A stretch of DNA of 64,000 bases, from NCBI RefSeq assembly GCF_964194155.1, contig NC_135891.1, positions 24,676,001 to 24,740,000 of the forward strand, in the 5' to 3' direction. The DNA is from Cetorhinus maximus (taxonomy: Eukaryota). Below, one piece after another: positions 1 to 13,592 of this stretch (position 1 is its first letter; each line of letters opens with the position of its first letter). The position numbers and the translations under genes were made by a program. The notes beneath the pieces were generated by a model, which saw nothing but the letters and a program-made list of their open reading frames with translations, was not told where the DNA came from and ran no database searches.

Positions 1-670
1 TTAATCACAGAGCTTTGTCATGAAAAGTACATTGACCAGCATTGTTTAAGTATTGAGATGCATTAGAGCACTTTTCCCATTGGGAAAAGTGTTCTTTTGC
101 ATTTAAAACTGCAGATAACACTGCTTGGGATCTCTAGTGTATTGATCTGAAGTGATGTACATGCCCAGAGCCATTTAAAATTGAACAAAACCCCCGCATC
201 TTTCACTTAGAGTAAAAAACAGCCATCAGCTCCTGGACTGTGTTGATTGACTGGACATCCGTAAATTTAGTCAATATTTTTAAATACAAACATTTTGAAT
301 GAATTTATCATGTTCTAAATTTTATTGAAGCAGACTTCTATTTAGCATATTTCAAATCAGAGGGGGCCAATGGAATAACTTTGCCAGGCTAGATCTGGAA
401 AATAAAATTGAAACTTTAATTAGATGTTCCCTTGTTACTGCTTCATAAGGGTACACTTTACAGCATGGAGTGGAATCATTGGAACCGAGGTTAGTCAGTG
501 GAGCCACAAACTAAACATACAGACCCATGCGACTAGTTCTCCAAACAAGCAAAGTTTCATATCCAGATCAAAGCTTCCCAAAATTTACATTGTAGTACTA
601 ACTTTTATTACCTCAGCAATTCATAATGTTTACTGAAACATATCCTGACTATTTAACTGTGCTGTACAAA

Positions 671-721
671 TTAAAATGTGACATTTATTTTTAAAATGTG
701 ACATTTATTTTTAAAATGTGA
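671..721. repeat. Tandem duplication, 20-bp unit x2.5
   Basis: ttaaaatgtgacatttattt repeated exactly twice plus a half unit. Confidence 0.9.
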
Positions 722-1335
722 ATGTTAATCATTTGGATGAGTAATATTTGAAGTGGAAGTATTCAAACTTATCCAAATAAATGTCCTGGGTTCATAATGG
801 GAATCGTTTCAAGATATTAAGGATATTCATGTAATTTGATTCAATCCTGATAAACATGCCTTCCAATTAAACACAAATCAAGTGGAACATCCCTTCTAAA
901 TACTTTAGCTAAAATTCCTCTAGCCACAATGGTATCATGTTCCCAAGTACCCTCCAATGCTAACCTTGCTAGAGTATGCAGGCTCATGGAGCACCTTCTT
1001 AACATAGGACCAGTGATTATTCACTTCAAAAAGAGCACATCTTTAGGGTCTGCCTCCTTTAGAATGAATGGATCTCCCCAAAAAATGCAATAGGAAACTC
1101 CTAGGTAAGGACATCACCCAGCATATCTTGATTTGAGCCTATTTCCCAGAATTGTGCAGGAACTGTACCAAAGTGCTGTAGAATTTCAGCTTCATCTTTA
1201 AGTTCTTCAAAGGAACAGTTTCTACATGACTATTAAAAGCGTAAGCAACACCCATTTCTTACCTCCAATGCTTCCTTTTTACTTTCTGCATCCATTGATA
1301 TTCTTGACCTTGCTATCTCCTTAGATGTCATATCA

Positions 1336-3000
1336 AAAGATCCACTGGGAAATAGTGATCATAATACAATTGAATTCTAAATTAAGTTTGAAAGTAATGT
1401 ATTCCAATCGAAACAAGAATCATAAACTTAATCAAAACCAATTTCTTAGGCATGAGGGGAGAGCTGGCTAAGGTTGATTTGGTAAACAGACTAAAAGGTA
1501 TGGTAGTAAATAAACAATAGGAAACATTTAAAGGAACAATTCAAAATGTTCAACAAAAATACATTCCATTGAAAAACAAAAACTCAGCAAGAAATATCCA
1601 TCTGTGGCTTACTGTAGAGGTGAAGGATTGTATGGGATTAAAAGAAGTGGCTTATAATGTTACAAACAATAGTTGTAAGTCTGATGATTGAGAGTGTTTT
1701 AGGAGCTAGCAAAGGGCCATCAAAAAGTTCATAAAAAGGGAAAAAATAGAATATGAGAGTAAATTATCCAGGAAAATATATGAAACAGATTGTAAGAGAT
1801 TTTACAACTATATAAAAAAGAAAGTAGCTATCACAAACAGGAGAAATTATCATGGGGAGTGAGGAAATGGCAGAGATATTAAACAAATATTTTGTGTCTC
1901 TCTTCACAGTAGAAGAAAAGAGTTACATACCAGAAATAAAGGCAAATAAGATTGAGGAAATGAAGGTAATTTATATCAACAGAGAAGAAGTACTGGAGAA
2001 ACTCAAGGGACCAATATCCAACAAATCCAAGGGCCTAATGGCCTACATGCTAGGGTTCTAAAAGAGATAGCTGCAGAGACAGTGGATTTACTAGGGAATT
2101 CTAGATTCCCTAGATTCTGGAATGGTCCCAGCGGATTGGAAGTTAGCAAATGTAACACTGCTATTCAAGAAAGGAGGGCGAGGGGAAACGTGGAACTACA
2201 GGCCATTAAGCCTGACATTAGTCATTGGGAATGTGCTGAAATATATTATTAAGGAAGTCTTAACAATGCATTTTGAAAAGCATAGTATGATGAGAACATA
2301 TCAACATGGCTCTACAAAAGAGAAGTCCTGTTTGACAAAGTTATTAGAATTTTGTGAGGATGTAACTAGTTGGGTAAATAAAGAGGACTTGGATTTCCAA
2401 AGGCATTCAATAAGATGCCACACAAAAGGTTCTTACAGAAAAAGGCTGTATGGAGTGGAGGTGATATATTAGCATGGATAGGGATTGGTTAATGGACTGG
2501 AAGCAGGGAGTAAGGATAAATGAGGAATTTTCAAGTGGGCAGGCTGTGACCAGTGGAGTGTTGCAATGATCAGTGCTAAGGCCTCAGCTATATATAATCC
2601 ATTTTAATGACTTAAATATATTACTCTTTCTCTCTCTCTTTGTCTAAGTTTGTTGTTGATACAAAGTTAGGTGGAAATGAAAACTGAGAGGAGAACACAA
2701 AGAGGCTGCAAAGAGATATAGACAGGTTAAGTACAAGATGGCACAAAGAGTATGAATAGCAAAGCGGAATATTAAAAAGTGCAAAGTTTTGATGATGATG
2801 TTCATAGAAACCAGGTTGTACTCATACAGGGAACACAAAACGTTAGCATGCAGGCACAGCAAGCAATTTGAAAAGCAAATGGCATGTTGGTCTTTATTGC
2901 AAGGGGATTGGAGTACAAAAATAAAGATGCCTTACTACAATTGTACAGGGCTTTGGTGAGACCACACCTGGAATACTATGTGCAGTTTTGGTCTCCATAT
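1336..3000 (+). mobile_element. CR1 LINE ORF2 remnant (end of endonuclease through RT), 5' part
   Basis: Broken ORFs with CR1 motifs: LGNSDHN, VPADWKLANVTLLFKKG, NYRPLSLT, HGSTKEKSCLTKLLEF, RPHLEYYVQFWSPY; many stops and frameshifts. Confidence 0.92.
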
Positions 3001-4293
3001 TATTATCAAATAGAGACAGTTTAAGTAAGTCATATTGGTATTTGTGGGTGTTAGGAATGAGTTTTAGCTTTAAAGTTTAAGTTTGATTTGTATTTCTGTG
3101 TGTGTATGTGTGTCATGTGTATTAAGAAAGGTCAAATTGAGTTTTAGTTTCACTTTAAAAGGGTGCTTGCATTTCCAATGAGGTTTTTACAACTCCTAAA
3201 GGAAAATTAAACAAACATAACAGTAGAAGACTGGCTTTTGCTTAGCAACAGGGATCCAGAGAGGCAGGTCCCTCCCACACACACACACACATGAGAAGAG
3301 AGACAGCAATTTGATTTTGGAAGCTGTTTGAGTGCAGTTGGTTTTGAAAGTAACTGCCAGGAGAGACTGGAGCAAAGGGAACAGAGCCAGTCCAAATCTA
3401 AATAAAATACCCCAAACCACAGGGGAGTGGAACAAGAGAAAGTCCCAAGCAGACCTTCTAGTCAAAGGAAGGACAGGAACCTGGAAACTGTCCTGTTAAG
3501 TGAAGTTAGTGAAGGGCAGAGAAAGGCTCCAAGTTTAAAACTTCAAGCTCCAGCAAACAGATTTAAAGCAAGAACAGCTTTCAAGAGGCAAGAAGGTCCA
3601 AAGAGACAACTGAAGGTCCGAAACATTTGCTATGGGCATGTGACACAGTTGACGGCTGAGTCAGTAAGAGAGAGACTGCGTGGAAGACAGCTTGAATGCA
3701 TGTGGTGATCTAAGGGAGAGGGACATCAGAAGGAGAGTTCGAAACCCTGGAGGTAAACCCTTGCGGAAGGTGTCTGAGAGAAAGCGTCAGGTTGGGAGAA
3801 GATTCCAAAGCAAGGGCTTGGAGAGCGGTGAGTGGAAACCCTCTTGTGAAAGACGGAGTTCAGTGAGACCAGTTGGATCATGGTGTAACAAACCTCTGGG
3901 GGGAGTTAAGGAGAGATGTGGTTGAGGTGGCATCTGTCACTTAGTTTCAGAGTGTGGTGTGTCTGACCACAGGGTGCCTATTGGTACATGGACTGTGTAC
4001 TTACTGTGGACATTAGAGTATAAGATAGCTATTGTAACTTGTGTTACCCTTACAAATATGTATATATCTGTAAAGGTATAGTTGTGGGTGAAGAAGTATT
4101 GTAATATAGTTCATCTTTTCTTGTTGTATAAATGTTTTCTTTTGTTAAAAGTTCATTAGCTGGCTCCAGTGACTCTGTTCAGTGGCCACTCTCCACATAT
4201 CTAAGCAAACAAATTAAAAGTTAGGATCTATCAAGCTGGGTTCCACTCTGGGATCAGGCTTGTCCAGGGGTAACCTCAGCTGGGATCCTAACA
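3001..4293 (+). mobile_element. Solo LTR (~1.3 kb) inserted in CR1
   Basis: Splits the CR1 coding sequence WSPY|LRRD; termini TATTA(TGTTA)...TAACA; 4-bp TSD ATAT (2997-3000 and 4294-4297); no recognisable coding content; strand inferred. Confidence 0.8.
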
Positions 4294-4803
4294 ATATTTA
4301 AGGAGGGATATGCTTGCATTGGAGGCAGTACAATGAAAGTTCACTAGATTGGTCCCTGGGATGAGAGGGTTATCCTGTGATGACAAGCTGAGTAAATTGG
4401 GTCTATATTCACTGGAGCTTAGAAGAATGAGAGGTGATCTCATTGAAACATACAAGAAGGGGCTTGACAGGTTAGATATTGAGGGGTTGTTTTCCTGCTG
4501 GGAAATTGAGAACAAGGGGGCACAGGCCCAGCATAAGGAGCCGATCATTTGGAACTGAGATGTGGAGAAATTTCTTCACTCGAAGGATGGTGTGTCTTTG
4601 GAATTCTCTACCCCAGAGGGTTATGGTAGCACCATCATTGAATATATTTAAGGCTTAGATAGACAGATTTTTGGTGTCTCAGGGAATCATATATAGGGAA
4701 CGAGCAGGAAAGTGGAATTGAAGCCCATGGGTAGCCATGATCATATTGAATGCTGGATCAGGCTCGGTCTTCTCCTGCTATTTTTTTTAAGTTCTTATGA
4801 TCT
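4294..4803 (+). mobile_element. CR1 LINE 3' part (continuation of 1336-3000)
   Basis: LGLYSLELRRMRGDLIETYK, typical CR1 3' UTR and ttcttatgatct tail. Confidence 0.92.
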
Positions 4804-5011
4804 CAAATGATACATCAACATCTCCTTCCTGTTGATAGAGATATCTCCAAGAAGTTTAGTTTCCTTTTTCTTCATAAATATTTTCCTTTCAGCAACTTGT
4901 AACTATGAAATTGAAGTGCAGATACTTTGAGTACCACTCCCATATTCTTAACCCACTTCCCTTCCCCACCCCACCCCTTTCTCTCAATCTCTGGTGATAC
5001 CTTGAAACATG

Positions 5012-5137
5012 CAGTGAATTTTTATGGTCCTCCCGCCGACAGAATTTTCCATTCCTGCTGAAGCCAATGGAGCTTTGAATGGCTCGCCGCATTTTATGGC
5101 CCCACCTCCGCTGCAACGGGGCCATAAAATTCCGCTC
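5012..5137. mobile_element. Very short Harbinger-type MITE (~125 bp)
   Basis: Imperfect TIRs cagtgaatttttatgg / ccataaaattccgctc; ATG on both sides. Confidence 0.55.
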
Positions 5138-5835
5138 ATGATGTTTACTCTGCACCTTGGTTCCAAAATACGTTTAAAAAAACCAACTGGCACTCAATCA
5201 GAGGAGCTGTGAGGCTACCTGATATGGAAAACAGAAATGTCACACTGGTGAAGAATGAGTTAAAGTATAGATACTCAATAGTGTAAATGGATCTTTGCCA
5301 TGCTTTCAACCTTACTGTTTCTGGCCTGGGGTTACTTGGTGCTACCAATCAGTTTAAAGATTGAAAAATATTTCATTCTCATCATAAGCTTGCACACAAA
5401 AATTCAGAGATGAAAACTGTTTCTTTCATGAATACAATTGGCTTGTTTTGGGTTTAATTTGTTTAGAGTGGTATAAAAATGCATTACAAAAACACTCTAG
5501 CACTGTTGTATTATCATATTCTATGCTTTGATTGGTAGCAGTATTGATCGTTTGGCCCCAGTGGAGGAGGGAAGATATTTGAGATAAATCTGGTCTGCTG
5601 TGTCAAGTGACATGATTGTTTTTTGTATAAAATAGGTATTGCATAGACAATACTCTGATGACGCTCATGAGTGAAGTCTGATAGTTGCATAGTAAAAGGA
5701 ACCGTACTTTGTGATTTTTCATGAAACAAGCTCCATTGAATCCCTCTTATCTCTGTGGGGGAGAAGTTCAATGTGGTTTGTGATCATTTGCTCAACCTTT
5801 TATAAAAATAACTGAACTAGCATGGGAGGACTAAT

Positions 5836-5910
5836 CCAAAAGCAAAATACTGCAGATGTTGGAAATCTGAAATAAAAACAGAAAATGCTGGAAATGCTCC
5901 TAACCAGACA
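5836..5910 (-). mobile_element. Penelope-like pLTR 3' tail fragment
   Basis: aaaagcaaaatactgcagatgttggaaatctgaaataaaaacagaaaatgctggaaa closely matches 60485-60541. Confidence 0.65.
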
Positions 5911-5941
5911 TGGTAAAAGTGCAAATGTAGTGTGAAACATG

Positions 5942-6676
5942 AGCCAGAATTTTACGCTCCCCCACCTCCAGTGGGTTCTGAGGAGGCGAGGGTGGGCAGT
6001 GGAGAATGAAATTGCATGGATGGGATTCCCTCTGGGTTCCTGCAAGCCCCAACCTAGTTATGATTTTATGCTGGGATGGGCAGAATCTTGGACGGGAAGC
6101 CAGCCCTTGCCCCAGTTATGGCCCTTAAGTGGCCACTTAATGGCCTTTTCCTACCCAGCCTCAATTTTTAGGCTGGCGGGCAAATGACAGCTCAGCGGGG
6201 GGAATCCCGAAATTGAACAAAGTTCGATCTCAGGTGGGAAGGGGGAGGGCCGCCTAAATCAGAAACCCCAATCTGACTGGGGGCACCCTCTCCTTAGGGC
6301 CCAGAAACCTCCGGACCTCCCTCCCCCCACCCCCCCCACCCCCAATTGCACCCCCACCCCGCCCCGGTGAGCTCCCAGGCCTTCCCTACCCACTCCCCAT
6401 GCCTCCACCTTGACCCCTGCCACTTTCCTCTCCTCCGCTTCCCAGTACTTAGTTCCAGGCAGCTAGCAGCAGCACCTCTTCCAGCCACTGTAGCGCTGTT
6501 CCTGGAATTACCAGAGAGCTACCAGCAAATCTGATTGGCTGGCAGCTCTCCAAGGTGGGACTTCCTCCCAGTGACAGGCGGAAGTACTACCGTCTTCCAA
6601 TCCATGCTTCTTAGAGAGTTTCTGTGAAATGGCATCGGGGCTGCTGGAGTTGACTGCCATCCCGAAAATTCTGGCC
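5942..6676. mobile_element. Harbinger-type MITE
   Basis: TIRs agccagaatttt / aaaattctggcc (same right end as the 52389-56462 element); 3-bp TSD ATG. Confidence 0.8.
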
Positions 6677-7274
6677 ATGGAAATACTGATGTTTATGACC
6701 TTATAAAGCTGTCACATAGGGAGTTGCCCTGGTCCTGTGATCTGTGAATGCTGTTAGCACTGATATCACTACAAATATTAACAACAATCTCTGGATTTGG
6801 GCCACTTTGCCACCTAAATGAATTTTCATTGTTGGACCAGGCATGCAAATGTATTACAGTTGGCTATTTTGTAGCATTAATATTCATATTTGGTTGTTAT
6901 AATTTCAAGATTTGCCCTGCCTGTATGAGATTAATACATTCTGAACCGTCTCATGGGCATCTGCAAGAAGGTTTTGTAAACTGAGATTGAAATATGAACA
7001 GCTGCTGATTAAATTTGAATGCTCCATGATATTTATATTTGCCTCGTGGACTGAATTAATGTGCTGAATTCATCCAAACCTTAGCTCTATTGATAAAACT
7101 AAAATCTGCACAATTTTGATCAACTGACCTTCAGGTTGATTTATGTGCAGTATTTCAGTCATCTTTACCTTTACTTACAGCAAATATTTTAATTAATGTG
7201 AATACAAGTTCCAATATGCTTGTTTTATCACATACAGGCTCAAAGTTTGGGGATCCAAAATCACATGTAAATTT

Positions 7275-7517
7275 TGTAGTATGGAAGAGAGAACCTGACT
7301 GGAAGACATTTTCTGGAAGCCAGCAGATGCCCCCATGTTTTACAATATTGGAGGGTGGGAGTGGAGGGGGAGAGGGGAAGGGAAAGAGAGCCAGCCAGCC
7401 CTTGGAGTCTGTTCTCTAATTAAACAAGTCAGCAGCAAGCTTTTGTGAGTTTAAAATAAAGATGGTTATTTATTCTCTCTCACCCTGAATTAACACAACA
7501 TAATACACTTGGTCTCA

Positions 7518-7550
<33 letters not shown>

Positions 7551-7555
7551 CCCGC

Positions 7556-7587
<32 letters not shown>

Positions 7588-8365
7588 CTCAAAATATGGA
7601 TACAGGTAAAGATGGTGCACTTTTATGGATTACAGCTCATTCAGGCTCTGACTTATGATTTCTGGTCTCCATGTGGCAGGTCAATGGTTTTGGTGATTTA
7701 AAGTTGAAGTGAGGGTCTTGTAAAGAGAAGGGTTCACAGCAGGCTGTGAGGCTTCTTGTAGTTGAATATCTAGGAGGTTGGTTCTCAAGTGAACACGGGA
7801 GCAGGTTAAATACTAGGCTTCTTGATCACTTAAAGCAAATTTCAGAGTCTGGTTCTCAGGCTAGCTGATGACTGATGATTCTTAAAAAGCAAAGATGGCA
7901 CAACCGTTTTCTGCAGCTATTATCTTGTTGGTGTTTTACAGGTCTCTTCTGGGTCTTGGCATAATAAACAATCTCCACATCAGAAGCCAGTTTTGGTCAC
8001 ATGGTCAATGGCCAATGTTTACCCATAAGGGCTTAAAGCTAAAAGATCATTGATATACAATAGAAGATAGATGGCGGTCTTCCAAGCTCATAATGTAGAT
8101 AAGTGGTCTTGTCAGCTTCCTTTTACTGAAATGCAAACCTGGAGGCACAGAGTCTAGGGGTCCATTCCTGGGGGAGGCCCCCACCCATAGTTAATCCATT
8201 GGGAATTTTCTGGAAGTTTGATAGTCTGTCTTGAAAAAGCAGAAGTCACCTGACTCTATGACAGCCTTTGTGACAGTTCATCAGCATCTATTTTAAATAA
8301 ATAAAAGACAGTTCCAGAAGCTCCCATACATGCACAGTCCAAGTTAAAAGTTGTGAAAATGACAT
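7275..8365 (-). mobile_element. Possible solo LTR-like element
   Basis: TG...CA candidate ends, minus-strand AATAAA near 7470, internal (CA)n, organisation reminiscent of 30433-31327; no convincing TSD. Confidence 0.3.
7519..7583. repeat. (CA)n microsatellite, interrupted
   Basis: Two CA runs separated by a short spacer. Confidence 0.95.
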
Positions 8366-8519
8366 TCCTTTACTGGGCATGCCACTAGCAATACTTAAGT
8401 GGAGTGAAGTTGGATGGGCAGTCAAGGAAAATAAACTTGCCGAACTACAAGAATAAAGTAGACGAGAGCTAGCATGTGCTCGGTAGGCAAAATAGACTCC
8501 TGTGCCATTATAAATTTAT

Positions 8520-8930
8520 GATGATATCCCAAAGCACAACACCATCTTCCACAGGTACATTGATGAGACCCAATTCTACCTAATTACCATCTCACTCTAT
8601 CCCTCCACTGTCCGGGCAGATGTTTTCACCAAGTAGATAATGGGAAGACCAAGTCCAATGTCTTTGGTCAATGACACAAAGTCTGTTTTGTAACCACCAA
8701 CTCCATCCCTTTTCTTGGCAACTGCATGAGGCTGAACCACACTGCTTATACTTGACTCTGAAATGACCTTCCACTTAGAAGGCTACCCATTTCCTCTTTG
8801 CTTCCCCCCCTCAACTTATTGTATTGGGCCTGGTTCTCGCACAAATAATTCATTTGACATGCACCATCTTTTTTGTTTCATCATATTCTCCATCTCCCTC
8901 ATCATCCATTCAGCCCTAGCTTTGGTTCCC
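8520..8930 (+). mobile_element. L2 LINE RT fragment
   Basis: KHNTIFHRYIDETQFYL resembles the L2 KH..FH.YADDTQLYL motif; heavily decayed. Confidence 0.6.
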
Positions 8931-8932
8931 TA

Positions 8933-11690
8933 AAGACATGGTTGCAAGGCTACCAAGACTAGGAACTCAATATTCAAGGGTACTAAACGTTCCAGAAAAA
9001 TAGGCAAAAAAGAAAAGGAGGTGGAGTAGCTTTGTTAATAAAGGTATCAGTGCGGGGTTGTGAGTAGTGAATAAGTAATAGATCTTGATGTGAAATCAGT
9101 TTGGGTGGAAATAAGGAATAGCAAGGGGAAGAAGTCATGGGCTGGAGTCGTCTATAGGCTCCTGAAGAGTTGCCTCACTGTTGGACAAATTGGAAAATAA
9201 TGGAGGCATGTAAGAAGGACACTACAATTGTCGTGGGTGATTTTAATCTGCATATTGACTGGACAAATCAGATTGACAGGGGTAACATGGAAGAAGAATT
9301 TGTAGTGTGTGTCAGGGATTGTTTCTTGGAGCAATATGTTGCAGAACCTACCTGGGAACAGGCTATTTCTAGTAATATGTAATGAGGTAGGATTAATAAG
9401 AGATCTCGTAGTTAAGGATCGTCTAGGGGGTAGTGATCACAGCATGGTAGAATTTCAAATTCAGTTTGAGGGTGAGCAACTCTGATCTCAAACCAGTGTC
9501 TTCAGCTTAAATAAGGGCACTTACAGAGGTATGAAGAAAGAGTTGTCTAAAGCGGGCTGGGAAAATAGACTAAGAGGAAGGTCAGTGGATGAGCAGTGGC
9601 AGACATTTAAGCAGATATTTCATAATGCTCAGCAAAAATTTACCCCAGTCAAAAAGAAGGACTCTTTGAGAAGGATGAACCACCCATGGTTAACATAGGT
9701 GGTCAAGGAGAGTATCCAATCAAAAACTAAGGCATACAAAATGCCAAAAACTAGTGGTAGGCCAGAGGATTGGGAATTTTTTGGGAACCAGCAGCAGATG
9801 ACTAAAAAGCTAATAAAGAGGGAGAAAATTGATTATGAAAGTAAATTGGCAAACACAAACAGGGAGAGCTTCTACAGGTATATAAAAAGAAAGAGAGTAG
9901 TTAAAGTGAACATGGGAACCTTGGAGGATGCAACTGGAGAATTGATAACGGGGAACAGGGAAATGGCAGATAATTTAAACCACTGTTTTGCATCGACCTT
10001 CATGGTGGAGACACTATAAACATCCCAAAGATATCAGATAAGCAAGGAGCTAATGAGAGAAAGGATCTTGTAACAGTCGCTATCATGAAGGACAAAGTGT
10101 TTGACAAACTAATGGGACTAAAGGCAGACAAGTCACCAGGACCTAATGGCCTGCATCCAAGGGTTTTCAAGGAAGTGGCTGCAAAGATAATGAAGGCGTT
10201 GGTTGAAATATTCCAGAACTCGATTCTGGGAGGATCCCAGCGGATTGGAAAACCATTAATGTGATGCCCTGTTCAAGAAGGGAGGGAGACAAGAAGTAGG
10301 AAACTATAGGCAAGTCAGCCTATCATCTGTCATTGGGAAAATGCTAGAGTCCATTATTAAAGAAGAAATAGCAGGACATTTAGAAAAGCTTAACGCAGTC
10401 AAACAGAGCCAACATGGTTTTGTGAAAGGGAAATCATGTATGACAAATTTGCTAGAGTTCTTTGAGGATGTAACAAGCAGAGTTGATAAAGGGGAACCGG
10501 CAGATGCAGTGTTCTTGATTTCCGGAAGGAATACGATAAGGTGCCACATAAAAGGTTATTGCACAAGATAAGAGCTCACAGTATTGGGGGTAATGTGTTA
10601 GCATGGATTGAGGATTGGTTAACACACATAAGACAGAGAGTCAGGATTGATGGGTCTTTTTTCAGGTTGGAAAGATATAACTAATGGAGTGCCACAAGGA
10701 TCAGTCTTAGGGCCTCAATTGTTTACTATCCATATTAATGCCTTGGAGGAGGGGGCAGAGTGTAATGTATCCAAATTTGCTGCTGATACAAAAATAGGCA
10801 GGAAGGCATGTTGTGATGAGGACATAAGGAATCTGCAAGGGGATATAGATAGGTTGAGTGAGTTGGCAAAAGCTTGGCAGATGGAGTTTAATGTAGGAAA
10901 GTGTGAGATCATGCAATTTGGTAAGAAAAATCAAAAGGCAGACTATTATTTAAATGAAGAGAGACTCCAAAAAAGTGCAGCACAATAGGATCTGGGTGTT
11001 CTTGTGCATGAAACACAAAAGGTTAGCATACAGGTGCAGCAAGTAATTGGAATGCAGACCTGTATTGCTAGGGGGTTGGAATTTAAAAATAGGGAAGTCT
11101 TGTTACAACTGTACAGGGTGTTGATGAGGCCGCACCTAGATTACTGTGCACAGTTTTGGTCCTCATATTTAAGAAAGAATATACTGGCATTGGAGGCAGT
11201 TCAAAAGAGATTCACTTGGCTGATTCCTGGGATGAAGGGGTTGACTTATCAAGAGCGGCTAAACAGGTTAGGCCTTTATTCAATAGAGTTTAGAAGAATG
11301 AGGGGTGATCTTATTGAAACGTACAAGATTCTGAGGGAGCTTGACGGGGTAGATGTTGAAAAGATGTTTCCACTAGTGGGGGAATCTCAAACTAGGGGAC
11401 ATAGTTACAGAATAAGGGGACACTCATTTAAAACTGAGATGTGAAGGAATTTCTTCTCTGAGGGTAGTGGATGTCTGGAATTCTCTACCTCAGGGAGTTG
11501 TGGAGGCTAGATCACTGAAAGTCTTTAAGAAGGAAGTGGATAGATTTTTGCAATATTGGGGAGTTGTGGGCTATGAGGTGCCGGCACGAAGGAGGAGTTG
11601 AGGCCTGGGGAAGATCTGTCATGATCTTATTGAATGGCAGGGCAGGGTTGAGGAGTCGAATGGCCTACTACTCCTATTTCTTATGTTCTT
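8933..11690 (+). mobile_element. CR1 LINE, near-complete ORF2 (APE endonuclease + RT) and 3' UTR, inactivated
   Basis: ETWL, VYRL, IVVGDFNL, HGFVKGKSCMTNLLEFFEDVT, GVPQGSVLGPQLF, KFAADTK, FNVGKC, RRMRGDLIETYKIL; tail cctatttcttatgttctta; stops and frameshifts. Confidence 0.95.
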
Positions 11691-12680
11691 ACCGTTCCCC
11701 CTTGGTGGAATGTGACTAGCCAGCACTTGAAGCATCTCCTCTTTAATGGTCACCCATTGTTCCGTAACAGTTTTTCCTGCAATGTCAGTCTTTAGTTCCT
11801 TTCACCATGGGCCTGCTCTTATCCCATTGAAGTTAGCCCTCTTCCAATTTAGAAGTTCTACTTTAGGTTACTCCTTGCTCTTCTCCATTACTAATCTAAA
11901 CCTCGATATGATAATCACTCTTTACCAAATATTCCTACACAGACAATTGTTCCACTTGACTCACCTCATTCCCTAGCAACAGATCTGGCATTGCCTCCTT
12001 CCTGAATCGATAAAGAATGTACTGGTCAAGGAAGTTCTCCTGAACACATTTCAAAACTTCTTTCAGCTCCTTACCCTTTATTCTAACAGTATTACAATTC
12101 ATATTTGGGTAACTGAAGTCCACCAATATCACAACTCTTACACATATGTGAATTCTCTGCTGCTTTGCTCCTCTCTCTCTCTCACTCTCTCTCTCTCTCT
12201 CACTATTTGGAGACCTGTGGAATGCCCCCAGTGTCATGATCATACCTTTCTTGTTTATTAACTCTAATCAAATGGATTCTGTCCCTGCCCCTACCAAGAA
12301 AATCCTCTCTTTCCAAAACTGCAATGCCTTCCCTAGTCAATACTACAATTCCACACCTCTCTTTTCTGTCCCTATCTTTTCTGAACACTTTGTATCCCTG
12401 AATATTAAGTTCCCAGTCCTCACCTTTTTAAGCCACGTTTCTATTATTGCCATTGCATCATAGTCCCACATGACTATTTGCGCTTGTAGCTCACCAACCT
12501 TATTAACCACTCTGTGCATTTTCATACATGCATTCTAAACCTGGTTCCTCCTTCTTAGGAGCAGACTATCTAATATGGTCCTACTTCCTTCTGTAATACT
12601 ATCCAACTCTCTCAGTCCTTCATGCACCTTATTCCTCTTTTCTACTGATAAACACTTGTGCCCATTTCCCTGTCAAGTTA
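11691..12680 (-). mobile_element. CR1 LINE 5' part of ORF2 (endonuclease), different subfamily
   Basis: Minus ORFs: VVNKVGELQAQIVMWDYDAMAIIETWLK, FRKDR, LKCVQENFLDQY; internal (CT)n at 12169-12201. Confidence 0.85.
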
Positions 12681-12685
12681 GTTTA

Positions 12686-12960
12686 CGTTGGCAGGGAACA
12701 GCAAGTGAATGGGAAATACCAGGGTGCCATGGATAGATCATTGAGGGATGCCAGCTGTAACAGCAGTGAAGCAGGAAGAGAAACAAATGGAGGTGATTCT
12801 CGGGCTACGATTGAATAGATAAGAATGGATAAGAATGGAACCAGGCGGGTGCAGTCCCACCCAGACAACTGGAGAGGTTTTGGAGAGGGATGGTGTGATC
12901 AACTGTTTCGAAAGTAGCAAAAATATCTCAGTGATCAAATTTTTTGTGGAACTTGGGAGG
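12686..12960 (-). mobile_element. L2 LINE RT fragment
   Basis: Minus strand reads ATFETVDHTI...AWFHSY...AGIPQ*SIHG, matching L2 AAFDTVDH...WF.SYL...GVPQGSILGP. Confidence 0.7.
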
Positions 12961-13261
12961 GCATCTTAAAGTATTCTAGTATATTATAATAGTTGTTGCC
13001 CTTTGTGCAGCAAAATAGAGCAATTTTGGAAGTATTCTTGAAACTACAAATCAAGGAAGAGATCAAAGTAAATTGATTTTGTTCTAGTCACTTCTATCAC
13101 TGTTGTGGTGCACTGTTAAATTTTCCTACAGGTTAATGCTTCCATTAAATAGTGGAGAAATGAATTGGAATGAGTGCTTTAAGTAGATCACCATAAATAT
13201 TCCAAAATCATTAATGTGACATATTACTGGCAATAAATAAAATTGATAAGGTGTGACATAG

Positions 13262-13360
13262 TAAGGTGGGAGAAAGCTTGTGTGGAGCATAAACAACAAT
13301 ATAGACCTGTTGGGCTGAATGGCCTCTTTCTATACTGTAAATATTATGTAATTATGTAAA
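13262..13360 (+). mobile_element. CR1 3' end fragment
   Basis: gacctgttgggctgaatggcctctttctatactgtaaatattatgtaa, typical CR1 terminal hairpin and tail. Confidence 0.7.
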
Positions 13361-13592
13361 GTGTCCCCACATTAACAATCCTTACCACAATCTCTACGTT
13401 AATTCCAGTGATTATTCATGCCCAAAACCAAAAAGGAATAAATGCATAATTCCATAATTCTGATATTAATAAAATCAGACAAAATTGTTGTGGCTATTTA
13501 AAAAAAACAAAAGGTCAAATTCAAAAATAATTATGAATTCCATGGCTGGTACTTTAGAATAATATTGAAGGAAGGCCTGTCCTTCAGACAAG

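Noticed and set aside
671-721. CRISPR-like array
   Set aside because: Head-to-tail tandem duplication without spacers in eukaryotic DNA
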